This document shows positions 7,852 through 17,502 of a stretch of 64,000 nucleotides of DNA, in pieces. Origin of the DNA: a virus (taxonomy: Duplodnaviria; Heunggongvirae; Uroviricota; Caudoviricetes); the IMG/VR virus record IMGVR_UViG_3300037510_000569, positions 62,732-126,731 of that record. One strand, 5' to 3'. The position numbers and the translations under genes were made by a program. How positions within the stretch are numbered: position 1 is the first letter of the stretch; each line of letters begins with the position of its first letter. A model generated the notes under the pieces. The model had not been told where the DNA came from, made no database searches, and worked only from the letters and a program-made list of their open reading frames with translations.

Positions 7852-8736
7852 ATGAGCCCGTTGATGATGTTGAGCCGCGAACTGAAGCGCGTTCCCCTCG
7901 ACTTCGATGCCCCGGTTGGAGATACGTGGGCACCGCTTTTGGAGCACCCCGACTGGCACAACTTCCCGGCCTGCGAGACCTGCGGACCACCGACTCTTAT
8001 AGCCCACGGCGGCGAACGCCATCCCTTCGGCACCGACCTCGAGGGGCGTCCGAAGGGTGATGGCTTGACTCCCGAAGCGCGCCAGCTCGACCGCAGTTGG
8101 TATGCGCGCTATATCGGCGACAACGCCCAGCGCCAAGCGCTCTCGTGGGACGACAAGCTCGGCCAGCACGAAGTGGATGCGCTCATCAAGGCGGGCCGGT
8201 TCAACCCCGTGATCGACTGCCCGAAAGGATGCAAGTCGCCCGAGGATCGCGGCGTCGAGCGCGGCCAGCCGTGGAAAACCGACTGCCCCGACTGCCAAGG
8301 CCGGGGCTGGACTCGCCGCCAGCTCGAGCCCGGCGAGATCACTGCCGCCGATGTCAACGCACAACAGCGCGCTGGCGGCTTCGGCCACGACGGGATCAAC
8401 CACAGTATCGCCATGCGCGCACGCTGCGAGCTGCTCGGCTTCGGGGTGAACTGCGAGACCTGCGACGGGCACGGCGACATCGCCACCGACGAGCTGCGCG
8501 AGAAACGCGAAGCATGGGAGCCTCCCAAGCCGCCGGAGGGGCCGGGCTTCCAACTGTGGCAGTCGATCAGTGAGGGTGGTCCCGTCAGTCCGGTCTTCGC
8601 CTCTGCCGAGGAACTCGCAGGGTGGCTCGCGGAGAACTACGAGGTCGTTGGCAACCGCTACGACTCCGACAGTTGGATGAAGGTGCTCGATGGCGAGGCG
8701 AGCGCATTTGAGGTCGGAAGCGGCCAATTGGTGTGA
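7852..8736 (+). CDS. Cys-rich protein with two DnaJ-type CxxCxGxG zinc-finger repeats
   Basis: CPDCQGRG and CETCDGHG plus further CxxC pairs; the partial start-associated motif cccgaccaaggag precedes the ATG. Confidence 0.6.
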   Translation: MSPLMMLSRELKRVPLDFDAPVGDTWAPLLEHPDWHNFPACETCGPPTLIAHGGERHPFGTDLEGRPKGDGLTPEARQLDRSWYARYIGDNAQRQALSWDDKLGQHEVDALIKAGRFNPVIDCPKGCKSPEDRGVERGQPWKTDCPDCQGRGWTRRQLEPGEITAADVNAQQRAGGFGHDGINHSIAMRARCELLGFGVNCETCDGHGDIATDELREKREAWEPPKPPEGPGFQLWQSISEGGPVSPVFASAEELAGWLAENYEVVGNRYDSDSWMKVLDGEASAFEVGSGQLV

Positions 8737-9107
8737 CCGAGTACGTCTGCTCTTTCTGTCTCAAGCCGGACACGATCCGCGAATCGGTGACGCTTCACGG
8801 CTGCTCGGAGAAGGTCAACATCGTCGCCTCAGACTCCGAGAAGTTTCCGGGCCCGCGAGCTATTCAAGCCACGCGACCCGAACGGGCGACCTCTTGGGAC
8901 TCGGTCGACGGCGAAGGCTTCTATTGCACGAACTGCGAGGCGTCTTTCTCCAAGCTCGAGGACATGGTGATCCTCCGGCCCCTCTTCGAGTGCCGCTCCT
9001 GTGGTTGGAGCGGCAGCAACCTCGACGAGCATCTGGACAACTGCCCCGAGACGCCGGAGCGCGTCGATCCAGCCGAAGTCAACCCCGGTCAGGAGACCCT
9101 CACATGA
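8733..9107 (+). CDS. Cys-rich zinc-ribbon protein
   Basis: GTG overlaps the upstream stop; CSFC..CTNC..CRSC..C motifs. Confidence 0.5.
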   Translation: MTEYVCSFCLKPDTIRESVTLHGCSEKVNIVASDSEKFPGPRAIQATRPERATSWDSVDGEGFYCTNCEASFSKLEDMVILRPLFECRSCGWSGSNLDEHLDNCPETPERVDPAEVNPGQETLT

Positions 9108-9361
9108 AAGTCCCAGAGCAGCCGGAAGTCTGGGTCACGCAGGCGCACATGAACCAGCTCGCCAAGGTCTTCAACAGCCTGAGCACCGACTTCTCGAAGG
9201 CGCTCAAACAGCAGTTCAGGCTGATCGTCCTCGCTGGCGCGGCTATCGGCCTGATCGCTGGTGGCGCAGCAGTTGCCGCTGTGCTCCTGCACTTGTGGGT
9301 GATGCTGGTGCTTCCCGCAGTTTGCGCCTTCGCGATCTTCGCGATTTGCAAAGAGGCCTGA
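9104..9361 (+). CDS. small membrane protein with two predicted TM segments
   Basis: ATGA overlap; hydrophobic stretches LIVLAGAAIGLIAGGAAVAAVLL and VMLVLPAVCAFAIFAI. Confidence 0.45.
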   Translation: MKVPEQPEVWVTQAHMNQLAKVFNSLSTDFSKALKQQFRLIVLAGAAIGLIAGGAAVAAVLLHLWVMLVLPAVCAFAIFAICKEA

Positions 9362-9385
9362 TTTCGTCCCGGTGCAGCAGTTAGG

Positions 9386-10519
9386 GTGCCGCCGATGCCC
9401 GACCGCGTTGATTTCGTCTTCAACCTCAACAACGACAGCCTCGCTGTAGGTCGTTGGCAAGAGTTGCGCAACGACCTCGGGTTGACCAAGGCGCTGTCGA
9501 AGACTTGGCCTTGCATCGTCACCGATCCGGCCAGCGACGCGCGCACCTACACCCCGGATGTGATGGACGATCTCGAGAACGAGACCTTCGTTCTGCTCTA
9601 CCGCTTCGGCGATGTCGCGATCGCCGTCCAGCTCGGCCACGGCCATGTCCACGCACGCGCTGCGGGCACGAGCATTGAGGACTGCGCTGCGGCGTTGGAG
9701 CTGCTCCAGGAGTCCCTACCCGAGCACGGCCTCACCGACGACGGCAAGATCCCCGTCACTTTCTGGGCGTACACGCCGAACGGCCCGATGTCGCAGGTTC
9801 GCGACCTTCGCGTGCCAGCGTGGGATGAGATCGCTTGGAACTACGGCGAGCGCGAGCGCTCCGAAGTCGAGCGCCTCGTCTCCCCGGACTTCGTGCCCGG
9901 CCAGGGTGGCCAGCTCCTCCTCTGGCGCGGCATCCCCGGCACCGGCAAGACGACCGCTCTGCGCGCTCTGGGGCACTCCTGGAGGGATTGGGCCCGCATC
10001 CACTACATCACCGACCCCGAGCACTTCTTCGGCGACCACGCTGACTACATGCTCCAGGTGATGCTCGGCGCGGGCGACATTGAGGGCAAAGACAAAGACG
10101 GCAAGTGGCGATTGCTCGTCCTCGAGGACGCCGGCGAGCTCCTGCGCAAAGACTCCAAGGAAAAAGTCGGCCAGGCGCTCAGTCGTTTCCTCAACGCCGT
10201 GGACGGCATGATCGGGCAGGGGCTTCGCTTCCTGACCCTCGTGACGACCAACGAGGAGGACTTGGGCGCTCTTAACGACGCTGTCTCCCGCCACGGCCGC
10301 GCCGCTGCCAACACCGAGTTCAAGAAGCTGACGCCGCAGGAGGCGGCCCAAGTCCTCTACAACCTCCGCAACGGCGACGACGAGCCGGGCTTCGCGATCA
10401 GCGACGCCGAAGACCTCGTCGACTTCAAGCACATGGCCCTCGCCGATGTCTACGCGTTGGCCGAAGGGCGCCAGGACGACCTCCCAGAGAAGCAGGCCGT
10501 GGGGTTCACGAGTGGCTGA
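9386..10519 (+). CDS. AAA+ family ATPase
   Basis: Walker A GIPGTGKTTAL, Walker B LLVLEDAGELL, sensor-like TLVTTNEEDL. Confidence 0.65.
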   Translation: MPPMPDRVDFVFNLNNDSLAVGRWQELRNDLGLTKALSKTWPCIVTDPASDARTYTPDVMDDLENETFVLLYRFGDVAIAVQLGHGHVHARAAGTSIEDCAAALELLQESLPEHGLTDDGKIPVTFWAYTPNGPMSQVRDLRVPAWDEIAWNYGERERSEVERLVSPDFVPGQGGQLLLWRGIPGTGKTTALRALGHSWRDWARIHYITDPEHFFGDHADYMLQVMLGAGDIEGKDKDGKWRLLVLEDAGELLRKDSKEKVGQALSRFLNAVDGMIGQGLRFLTLVTTNEEDLGALNDAVSRHGRAAANTEFKKLTPQEAAQVLYNLRNGDDEPGFAISDAEDLVDFKHMALADVYALAEGRQDDLPEKQAVGFTSG

Positions 10520-10727
10520 GCTCGCGCTCGCGGTCAAGGAGTTCGCTGGAGCGCTCCTTGAAGTCGAAGAGACGCGAGACAAGCTGCAAGGCCTCGTCAA
10601 GTTCGAGCGGGAAGGTCTTCGCTACGCCGACGAGAGCTGGGAAAGCGCAGAGGAGGGCTACTCGCAAGCCTGCGCGCGTCTATGTCGCGCCAAGGACGAC
10701 CTTGAGGAAACGAAGTCCGCGCCATGA
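10512..10727 (+). CDS. hypothetical coiled-coil protein
   Basis: GTG overlaps the upstream stop; the upstream part of ORF 10446..10727 is antisense junk. Confidence 0.4.
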   Translation: MAELALAVKEFAGALLEVEETRDKLQGLVKFEREGLRYADESWESAEEGYSQACARLCRAKDDLEETKSAP

Positions 10728-10963
10728 AGCACTTCATCACCGTCAAGCTCGAGCGCCGGGAGCACAGCTTCGAGCACCCCGAGGGCGTGGCATATGAGCC
10801 GCGCCAACCTGACGACGAGCGCGAGAAGGTCGATCACGAGCCGGGCTACATCCGGCCCTCCGTGAACGAGCGCTGGCGGGCATCCTGCGCCTGCGGCTGG
10901 CAGGGCGAGCCGCACCGGCGACGCAACGAAGCGCGGCGGGAAGGTCGGCGACATGGCGTATGA
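10724..10963 (+). CDS. hypothetical protein
   Basis: ATGA overlap; 79 aa. Confidence 0.4.
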   Translation: MKHFITVKLERREHSFEHPEGVAYEPRQPDDEREKVDHEPGYIRPSVNERWRASCACGWQGEPHRRRNEARREGRRHGV

Positions 10964-11426
10964 GTCCACGAGCGTCCCGGTCGAGAAATCTCAAGGCCAG
11001 ATTCGCAAGCTGCTGACCGACGCTGGTGCCAGCCGCCTCGCCTTCGGAGAGGAACGCGAAGAGGGCCAGCGCGTCGCGATGGTGACATTCGAGATCGGCA
11101 CGAATATCGTGCGCCTGCGGGTTCCGCTGAAGCAGGTTCCCGAGAAGGCCGTGCGAGACAAGCACTACCGCTCTCGCACGAAAACGATGGATCAGGTCCG
11201 GGATGTCCTCTACGAGCAGGAGGAGAAGCGAATCTGGCGGGTGCTGGCTTGGAACCTCAAGGCGCGCATGGTCGCTGTCGAAGAGAAGGTCGAGACCTTT
11301 GAGGAGGCTTTCCTCGCACATCTCCTCGACCCGCAGACCGGCCGCACGATCTACGAGCAGCTCGCCGAAACCGGCAAGGTTCAACTGACCAAGCCGCTGC
11401 CTGCGTTGACCGCAGGGGAAGGCTAA
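10953..11426 (+). CDS. hypothetical protein
   Basis: 157-aa ORF with protein-like composition. Confidence 0.5.
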   Translation: MAYESTSVPVEKSQGQIRKLLTDAGASRLAFGEEREEGQRVAMVTFEIGTNIVRLRVPLKQVPEKAVRDKHYRSRTKTMDQVRDVLYEQEEKRIWRVLAWNLKARMVAVEEKVETFEEAFLAHLLDPQTGRTIYEQLAETGKVQLTKPLPALTAGEG

Positions 11427-11597
11427 CCTCAGGCGATGGGCGACATCGGCACCGAAAAGGAAGTGACGACGATCCCCGAGCCAGACTGGACCGAGCCCGA
11501 GCCGACCCAGCCAGCCCCGCCCGAGCCCGAGCCCGAGCGCGCACCTGAGAAACCGCCCGAGCGCGAGCCGGTCAAGATCCCCGCATAGGAGGCAGCG

Positions 11598-12530
11598 GTG
11601 GGGGACATCATCATCCCCAAGCCGATTGCGGCCTTCCGTAGCTGGCGGGTCGATGGCCTCGGCAGGCTGATTCCCCTTCACCACAGCGGGGAGGATTCGC
11701 CTTGGAGACCGCGTCTGATCGCTCAGGCTCAGTGCGGTAGTCGATCCAGACACAAGGACCTTGTGCCACATGACGGCTGCATGTGCGGACTCTACGGATG
11801 GCTGGAACCAGGGGGAGTAAGCCACAACGCAGGCAGAACCGTAAAGGGCGTCTTCGTCGCCTTCGGCCGCGTCGTTGTTCATGGCCGCGGACTCCGCGCT
11901 GAGAAAGGGCGCATCGTCGCGCTGATCGACGACAGCGACAAGGCACGCGAAGTAGGCAGCCTCTACGAGTTGCGTCTCGTGCCCGACGATGAGGCGCTGA
12001 AGGAGGAGGCCGAGCGTTGGGGCGAGGTGCGTGAGCCGACTGAAGCGCTAGTGAACGACGCTCTGTGGGCGGGCCAGATCACCGCGGCGAAACTCGTGGG
12101 CGAAACGATCACCGCCAAAAGGATCGTCTCCGGCTACCGAACTCCCCAGCAACAAGCCAACCTCGCCAACCATCCGGGCACCAGCAACCACGGTGTCGGC
12201 AGCCACCTCGGCCGGCCGACTCGGGTCGTCGCCATTCTGGAGTTGATGCCGCCCGCGGAAGTCGTTCAGTACCAGCACCCCGGGGGAGGCGTCAGGGTCC
12301 GCGTCAAAAACCTCGATCCCTGCTGGACCATCCGCAACATCATCGAAGAAGTGGAACGCATCGAAGCGCCATTGCCAGGCAGCCAACAGGTCCCGGCCTT
12401 CCCAGGCCGGCGCAGCTTCAAGCTAGAAATCGAAGGGGACTTTCCGGGCTACATCGAGGGCGATCGAGCCCTACGCGCTCTCCTGAGCATCGGCAGGATC
12501 AGCCAGATTTCCCAAGCGCCAATCGTGTAG
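11598..12530 (+). CDS. protein with an N-terminal C..CxCG(L/I)YA..GxRAE domain (paralog family, 3 copies) and a C-terminal region with a peptidase-M15-like SGYRTPQQQ motif
   Basis: RBS aggagg before the GTG; domain shared with 14063..14506 and 28495..29673(-); SGYR(S/T)xxxQ is the first signature of the VanY/LAS family, but the HxxGxAxD motif is not clear. Confidence 0.55.
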   Translation: MGDIIIPKPIAAFRSWRVDGLGRLIPLHHSGEDSPWRPRLIAQAQCGSRSRHKDLVPHDGCMCGLYGWLEPGGVSHNAGRTVKGVFVAFGRVVVHGRGLRAEKGRIVALIDDSDKAREVGSLYELRLVPDDEALKEEAERWGEVREPTEALVNDALWAGQITAAKLVGETITAKRIVSGYRTPQQQANLANHPGTSNHGVGSHLGRPTRVVAILELMPPAEVVQYQHPGGGVRVRVKNLDPCWTIRNIIEEVERIEAPLPGSQQVPAFPGRRSFKLEIEGDFPGYIEGDRALRALLSIGRISQISQAPIV

Positions 12531-12643
12531 TCTTGATCTCGTGATCCGCCGCCTCCCAGACGCGCTTCGATTTCGACCGCCCGCCACGGCGGCGGACGAC
12601 CACACGGGCAACTAGAGCCCCTCGTCCTCCGCCGCCTCACCCT

Positions 12644-12716
12644 GGGGCGGTAGCTCAGCTGGTAGAGCGCTGGCTTGAAACACCAGAGGCCGCCGGTTCG
12701 AGTCCGGCCCGTCCCA
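12644..12716 (+). tRNA. tRNA-Phe(GAA)
   Basis: Acceptor ggggcgg/ccgtccc, D-arm tagctcagctggtagagc, loop ttGAAac, T-arm gccgg-ttcgagt-ccggc. Confidence 0.7.
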
Positions 12717-12720
12717 TCCT

Positions 12721-12792
12721 CGGGCTGAAGTGTTGGTGGCCGCACACGCGGTTTGGGTCCGCGAGGCGAAGGTTCGACTCCTTCCAGCCCGA
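12721..12792 (+). tRNA. tRNA-Pro(TGG)
   Basis: Acceptor cgggctg/cagcccg, anticodon stem cgcgg/ccgcg, loop ttTGGgt, T-arm gaagg-ttcgact-ccttc. Confidence 0.65.
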
Positions 12793-12817
12793 TCCATTGC
12801 TAGGCTTCGACGACCGA

Positions 12818-12889
12818 TGCAGGGTAGAGGAGCGGCTTCCTTGTCGGGCTCATAATCCGAAGACGCGGGTTCGAATCCCGCCCCTGCAA
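12818..12889 (+). tRNA. tRNA-Met(CAT), elongator-type U1-A72
   Basis: Acceptor tgcaggg/ccctgca, anticodon stem tcggg/tccga, loop ctCATaa, T-arm gcggg-ttcgaat-cccgc. Confidence 0.65.
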
Positions 12890-12904
12890 CTCGCACCGCC
12901 CCTT

Positions 12905-12973
12905 GGGGGAGCGACAGGCGGGCGGCGCTGGCCTCCAAAACCGGCGCTGAGGGTTCAATTCCCTCCTCCCCTG
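12905..12973 (+). tRNA. tRNA-Trp(CCA)-like with a shortened D-arm
   Basis: Acceptor gggggag/ctcccct, anticodon stem ctggc/accgg, loop ctCCAaa, T-arm gaggg-ttcaatt-ccctc; only 69 nt. Confidence 0.5.
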
Positions 12974-13046
12974 CTGAAACCTCCCGTCGCAAACTCCGCG
13001 TTTGCCTCCTCCGTATAGCCGACGCTCTGGGTAGGGTGCTCCGCGC

Positions 13047-14066
13047 ATGGACCCGACCGAGACCTGGGCGCTCCCCGCCTCGACGATCAAGCCTTCGCCG
13101 TTGCCGATGATCTGGCGCGGACGCATCCCAGTCGGAGCGCTAACCGTCATCGCGGGGAAGCCCGGTCTCGGCAAGTCAACGCTCGCCACGACGATCGCCG
13201 CGGACATCAGCGCCGATGGCCTGACGGCGATCATCAGCGATCTCGAGGACGACCTCGCGGGCGTCGTGCGGCCACGTCTGGAGGTCGGCGGCGCGATGCT
13301 CGAGCGCGTCCACCTGATCCCGCCCGAGGCCGCGCCGGTCCTGCCCGCCGACCTCAGCCGCCTCTACGGACTCATCACCCAGACCAAAGCCTCCTGTCTG
13401 CTCCTTGATCCGATCGGCGCGCACTTCCGGCCGGAGCGGCGCGTCCATGACCGGCCCACCCTCCGTGAACTGGTCCAGCTCGCGCGCGACACGCGCTGCG
13501 CGATCATCGGCGTCCACCACACCGTCAAGTCCTCGATCGACGGCACCGCCCTGGGCGCAATCGGCGGCCCCTCCGGGGGCCTCGCCGGCACCGCGCGCGC
13601 GGTCTACGTCTACGGCTACGACCCGAACGACGAGGATCGCCGCGCGCTGGCCTGCGCCAAGATCAACGGCGTCGAGGAGCCGCCGACGATGATCTTTGAG
13701 CACGACACGGTGGAGCTCGACTACGGCCCTGACTTGGGTGCCGGCGCCCTGCGCTTCGTCGGCGAATCCGATGCTCACGCCAAGGACGCGCTCAAGCGCG
13801 GCAAGAGCCGCACCGAGCGCGACGGCGAGTGCGGTGAGTGGCTGACCAAGTTCCTCGCAGACGGCGAGGAGGGTAAGCGCCAGGTCTCCGAGGTCAAGAG
13901 AGAGGGGACCGGCATCGGCTTCGCCTGGGCGACCCTGCGCCGCGTCGCGGTCGGCCTGCAAATCGAGCGCCAGAAGGTGGGCTTCGGTAGCGACGGCTTT
14001 TGGACCTGGGGATTGCCCGCCGACCACCCGCTGCGCAACCCCGATGGGCAAGCCCAGGAGCCATGA
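13047..14066 (+). CDS. RecA-like AAA_25 family ATPase (RepA/DnaB-like; replication or recombination)
   Basis: Walker A VIAGKPGLGKSTLA, CAIIGVHHTVKSS, RAVYVYGYDP. Confidence 0.7.
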   Translation: MDPTETWALPASTIKPSPLPMIWRGRIPVGALTVIAGKPGLGKSTLATTIAADISADGLTAIISDLEDDLAGVVRPRLEVGGAMLERVHLIPPEAAPVLPADLSRLYGLITQTKASCLLLDPIGAHFRPERRVHDRPTLRELVQLARDTRCAIIGVHHTVKSSIDGTALGAIGGPSGGLAGTARAVYVYGYDPNDEDRRALACAKINGVEEPPTMIFEHDTVELDYGPDLGAGALRFVGESDAHAKDALKRGKSRTERDGECGEWLTKFLADGEEGKRQVSEVKREGTGIGFAWATLRRVAVGLQIERQKVGFGSDGFWTWGLPADHPLRNPDGQAQEP

Positions 14067-14506
14067 GCGAGGAGCCTCGCTTCGTCGCCGAGGAGGTCAT
14101 CGGCTGGCGGGCGTGGAAGCTGAAGGGCCCAACGATCCTGCGGCCGCCTCGTCTGACCTCGGTGACGACCCGATTCCTCGGCTGGCGCACCGACGACTGG
14201 ACCGTCGCGGAGTGCGCGCGCTGCGAGGAGATACCCGGCGAGAACTGTTCCTGCGGCATATATGCGGCAAGCACCAAAGAGCACCTGAGCGAGCTGGGCT
14301 ATGGGTTGATGGGCGGCACGATCATCGGCGAAGTCGGCCTGGCGGGGAAGGTGGTCGTAGGGACGCAGGGCTATCGCGCCGAGAAGGCGCGGCCGGTCCG
14401 CCTCTTCGTCAGCTACTTCGACTGGCAGCTTGTCCGGCCGCTCCGGGAGACTTTCGGTGTCCCCGTCGAGCTGATGAACACCGACGAGGACGAGGAATGG
14501 AGGTAG
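14063..14506 (+). CDS. paralog-family protein (WRAW..C..CxCGIYA..GYRAEKA domain)
   Basis: ATGA overlap; 147 aa; the domain is shared with 11598..12530 and 28495..29673(-). Confidence 0.55.
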   Translation: MSEEPRFVAEEVIGWRAWKLKGPTILRPPRLTSVTTRFLGWRTDDWTVAECARCEEIPGENCSCGIYAASTKEHLSELGYGLMGGTIIGEVGLAGKVVVGTQGYRAEKARPVRLFVSYFDWQLVRPLRETFGVPVELMNTDEDEEWR

Positions 14507-14640
14507 CAAAGGACGTGGACATCGGCAAGGAGAAGGAGACGATCATCGTCGAGCCGGTCGAGGACCCCTTCCGGCGCGAGCCAGCCCCCGCGCCTGTCGA
14601 GCCTCCCGCGCCGGTGAAGGAGCCCGCGGTCCCCGCCTAA
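14497..14640 (+). CDS. small Pro/Glu-rich protein (47 aa)
   Basis: ATG inside the end of the upstream gene; PAPAPVEPPAPVKEPAVPA tail; short, so weak. Confidence 0.3.
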   Translation: MEVAKDVDIGKEKETIIVEPVEDPFRREPAPAPVEPPAPVKEPAVPA

Positions 14641-14685
14641 TCGTCTGCTGCGGTTCCGTCCGAACGGTGCGGCAGCCTTCGGCCT

Positions 14686-15132
14686 GTGTATCGGGACGAC
14701 GGGCTAGGACTCGTTCACAACGTTGAGGTTGCGCTTCGCGGGCCTGACGGCAAGGTCAAGCAGCGCGAGCTCCTCCACAACCTCATCCCGACGATCGGCA
14801 AAGAAGGCATTGCCGACAACCTCCTCGCCGCCCCCACGCTCGGCAAGCCGACGCACATGGCGATCGGGACCGGCACTGAAGAAGCCAAAGCCGGCGACAC
14901 CAAACTCAAAACCGAGCTTGACCGAAACGCGCTGGCGGAAAAGACCCGCTCGGGCAAAGTCGTCACGATGAAAGCAGAATGGGCTGCGGGCGATGGCACT
15001 GGCGCCATTACCGAGGCCGGTTTGCTCTCAGCCTCTTCCGAAGGCACGCTCTTCGCACGAGCGGTCTTCTCGGTCGTCAATAAGGGCGCCGAAGACACGC
15101 TGACGATCACCTGGACCGTCACGGTCGAATAG
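14686..15132 (+). CDS. tail-fibre N-terminal-domain-like protein (P2 gpH / Mu gpS family)
   Basis: MAIGTGT..AGDTKLKTELDRNAL..EAGLL...TLFARAVF matches, from memory, the conserved N-terminus of P2/Mu tail fibres (MAVGDGNG..DAGQTKLVHEVWRHAL..). Confidence 0.5.
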   Translation: MYRDDGLGLVHNVEVALRGPDGKVKQRELLHNLIPTIGKEGIADNLLAAPTLGKPTHMAIGTGTEEAKAGDTKLKTELDRNALAEKTRSGKVVTMKAEWAAGDGTGAITEAGLLSASSEGTLFARAVFSVVNKGAEDTLTITWTVTVE

Positions 15133-15174
15133 GGGGTGGGCGCTTTGCGTCCCCTTCCCGAAGAGCTTCGCTAG

Positions 15175-17502
15175 ATGGCGAGCCTCGAAAAGAAATTCGG
15201 CTTTAACGGCACGACCTCTGAACAGCGTCGCGAATCATGGGTTCCCACAGTCGGTGGCGCAACCGGCCTGAGCATGAACGACTCGGGAACCCTCGCTGAC
15301 TCCCCCAACGATGCGGGCGCAAATGGCGGCTATTTCTTCCTTAATCGCGAAGGCAAAAGCCTCACGAACGGAGAACCCTTCTGGGAGTGGACCGGCACCT
15401 ATGAACAATTGGGTGTACCAGCGGGGGCGACTATCACGGCGATCAACGTCAGCTATGACTGGCGCTGCAATATCTTCTCAACGGGGGCGTCTAGTACGGC
15501 TGGACCAATGGAGCTACGCGATGAAGCGGCCGCCCTGCGCAAAACCTTTTCTACTTCCCAGGCCTTTGCAGCTACGAGTGAATGGGCGACAAAATCGGGA
15601 ACCAACCAAACCGGCCTCAGCGACAAAGCCTCTACCAAAATCAAGCTCCGGCTTAATGCCAATCCGAAGACTGGAAACGCAAGCAAAGCCGAAGTCAGCC
15701 TCTTGCTCGATTGGGTGGTCGTCACGATCACCTATGAAGAAGGAGCTGGTAAAAAACTCACGCTGGAATTGACGGATACCACGACGGTATCCGAGAGCCG
15801 CGCCGCCAAAGACGCGGCCAAAAGGGCGGACACGATCACGCCTACCGAGGCGCGTTCAAAGCGACCGGGCTTGAGACGCAGCGAGGCGGTAACGCCGGCG
15901 GACGCCCGCGCCAAGCGCGCCGGGCTAAAACGCACGGACGCGGCTACGCCCAGCGAGTCCCGCCAGTTGCGCCCGGGCCTGAAACGCGCCGACGCCGCGA
16001 CCGTCGCCGAAACCCTTAAACGAGCGATCGGCGAGCGGCGCAGCGACCTCGTGACCCTGGAAACTACTCTGCGCAAGGCAGTCGGGGAGAAACGCGCCGA
16101 CGCCGCGGTGCTCGCCGACAAACTGGTGAAGGCCCTTGGCTTGCGCCGCGCCGATGCGGTCAGCCTCCTCGAGGGGCTCAAACGCTCTGCGGGCAAGAAA
16201 CAGGCTGACGGCGTGGTCCTCGCCGACCTGCTGGGGCGGGCATGGGCGGCGAAATTGAAACTCACCGAGACGATCGCGCTAGACGAAGAACTGATCGTCT
16301 TCCTCACCCGTGAACTGGACTTGGAAGACGCCCAGGCTGTCTCGGACGCCTTCGTGCGCGTCTGGGCGGCGCATGTGGGACTCGGCGACATCGCCCAAGG
16401 CATCGACGCCAAGAAGCTCGACGCGGCCCTCAGGAGGGCGGACATCGCCGCGCCCACCGATGCCCTCTCCAAGGCGCTCGCGCGCGCCCGTGCGGACTCA
16501 TTGACGGTCTCCGACGCGCGCCACTTGGCGCAGGGTCTGGGCCTGCCGGAGTTCGTCGGCATCGCCGATGCGATGCACCTGGCCTTTGGCGTCGCCGTCG
16601 GCGTCGGGCATACCTTCGCTGTTCAAGACGCACTGGCGAGGGCCTGGTCGGCACGGCTCGCCGCAGCGGACTCCTTCGCCGTGGGCGACGAACTGCAGAC
16701 GATCGATCTCGGGCGCCTCTTCAGCGAGGGCGTCTCCGTCTCGGAGTCGCACGCCTGGGCTGCGGCGAAGCTCCTTGATGACTTCTTCGAAGTGTTGGAG
16801 GCTATGCACTCGGTTGTTGGCAAGCGTCTCAGCGATTCGGCGGTGATATCGGAGAGTCGGAAACGAGGGCTGGGGAAGAACCTCGCCGACGGGGTGGCCA
16901 TCCTCGAGGAGTTGGGCTTTTCGGGCGGCGAACTGCTCGCAGACGCATTTGCGCTGGTGGACGCCCGAAGGCTCACGCTGGCGAAACTCCGCACCGAGTT
17001 CTTGGCGCTCACCGAGACCCGCCATGCCGCTGTCTCAGCCAGCCGCAAGGACTCCGCCGTGGTGGTTGATTCGCTGCGGCAGGCCTCGAGCATGAAGGTC
17101 GCCGACGCGGTTCTGGTCGCCGATGCCTTGGCGAAGGCACTGGGCCTCAGCGTTGCGGAGACCATCGCTTTCGCCGATGCGCTCGAGACCTTGCGCGGCC
17201 TCGGCATATCTATCGACGAGTCAATCGGCGCGGCCGACTCGCTGCGGCGAGGTTCGACGCTGGCTTTCCACGAAGTCGCCCACGTCATCGACAAAGCCAA
17301 ACCCCTCGGCGTCGCCGCCCACCTCGCGCTTCTGCTTCTCGCCGATGTGCTTACCACTCACCTGTCCCTCTCAGATGGTGCCGAGGGAATCGCTGAGATC
17401 GCCGATAGCTCAGCCACCCTGCTCTACCTGGATGACGCCCTGCCCGACGCGGATGTATCCGACCGCCGCAGCACTACCCTTTCCCTGGACGATCACGGAT
17501 GA
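15175..17502 (+). CDS. 775-aa repeat-rich fibrous protein (about 18-21-aa ADxxxLxDxLxKAxGxxRxD repeats), putative fibre shaft
   Basis: Dozens of degenerate repeats after a 200-aa N-terminal globular region. Confidence 0.55.
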   Translation: MASLEKKFGFNGTTSEQRRESWVPTVGGATGLSMNDSGTLADSPNDAGANGGYFFLNREGKSLTNGEPFWEWTGTYEQLGVPAGATITAINVSYDWRCNIFSTGASSTAGPMELRDEAAALRKTFSTSQAFAATSEWATKSGTNQTGLSDKASTKIKLRLNANPKTGNASKAEVSLLLDWVVVTITYEEGAGKKLTLELTDTTTVSESRAAKDAAKRADTITPTEARSKRPGLRRSEAVTPADARAKRAGLKRTDAATPSESRQLRPGLKRADAATVAETLKRAIGERRSDLVTLETTLRKAVGEKRADAAVLADKLVKALGLRRADAVSLLEGLKRSAGKKQADGVVLADLLGRAWAAKLKLTETIALDEELIVFLTRELDLEDAQAVSDAFVRVWAAHVGLGDIAQGIDAKKLDAALRRADIAAPTDALSKALARARADSLTVSDARHLAQGLGLPEFVGIADAMHLAFGVAVGVGHTFAVQDALARAWSARLAAADSFAVGDELQTIDLGRLFSEGVSVSESHAWAAAKLLDDFFEVLEAMHSVVGKRLSDSAVISESRKRGLGKNLADGVAILEELGFSGGELLADAFALVDARRLTLAKLRTEFLALTETRHAAVSASRKDSAVVVDSLRQASSMKVADAVLVADALAKALGLSVAETIAFADALETLRGLGISIDESIGAADSLRRGSTLAFHEVAHVIDKAKPLGVAAHLALLLLADVLTTHLSLSDGAEGIAEIADSSATLLYLDDALPDADVSDRRSTTLSLDDHG

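Noticed and set aside
7675-8727. 350-aa minus-strand ORF
   Set aside because: Antisense to the Cys-rich gene at 7852..8736 and overlaps tRNA-His; Ala/Arg/Gly-rich composition typical of a high-GC antisense frame.
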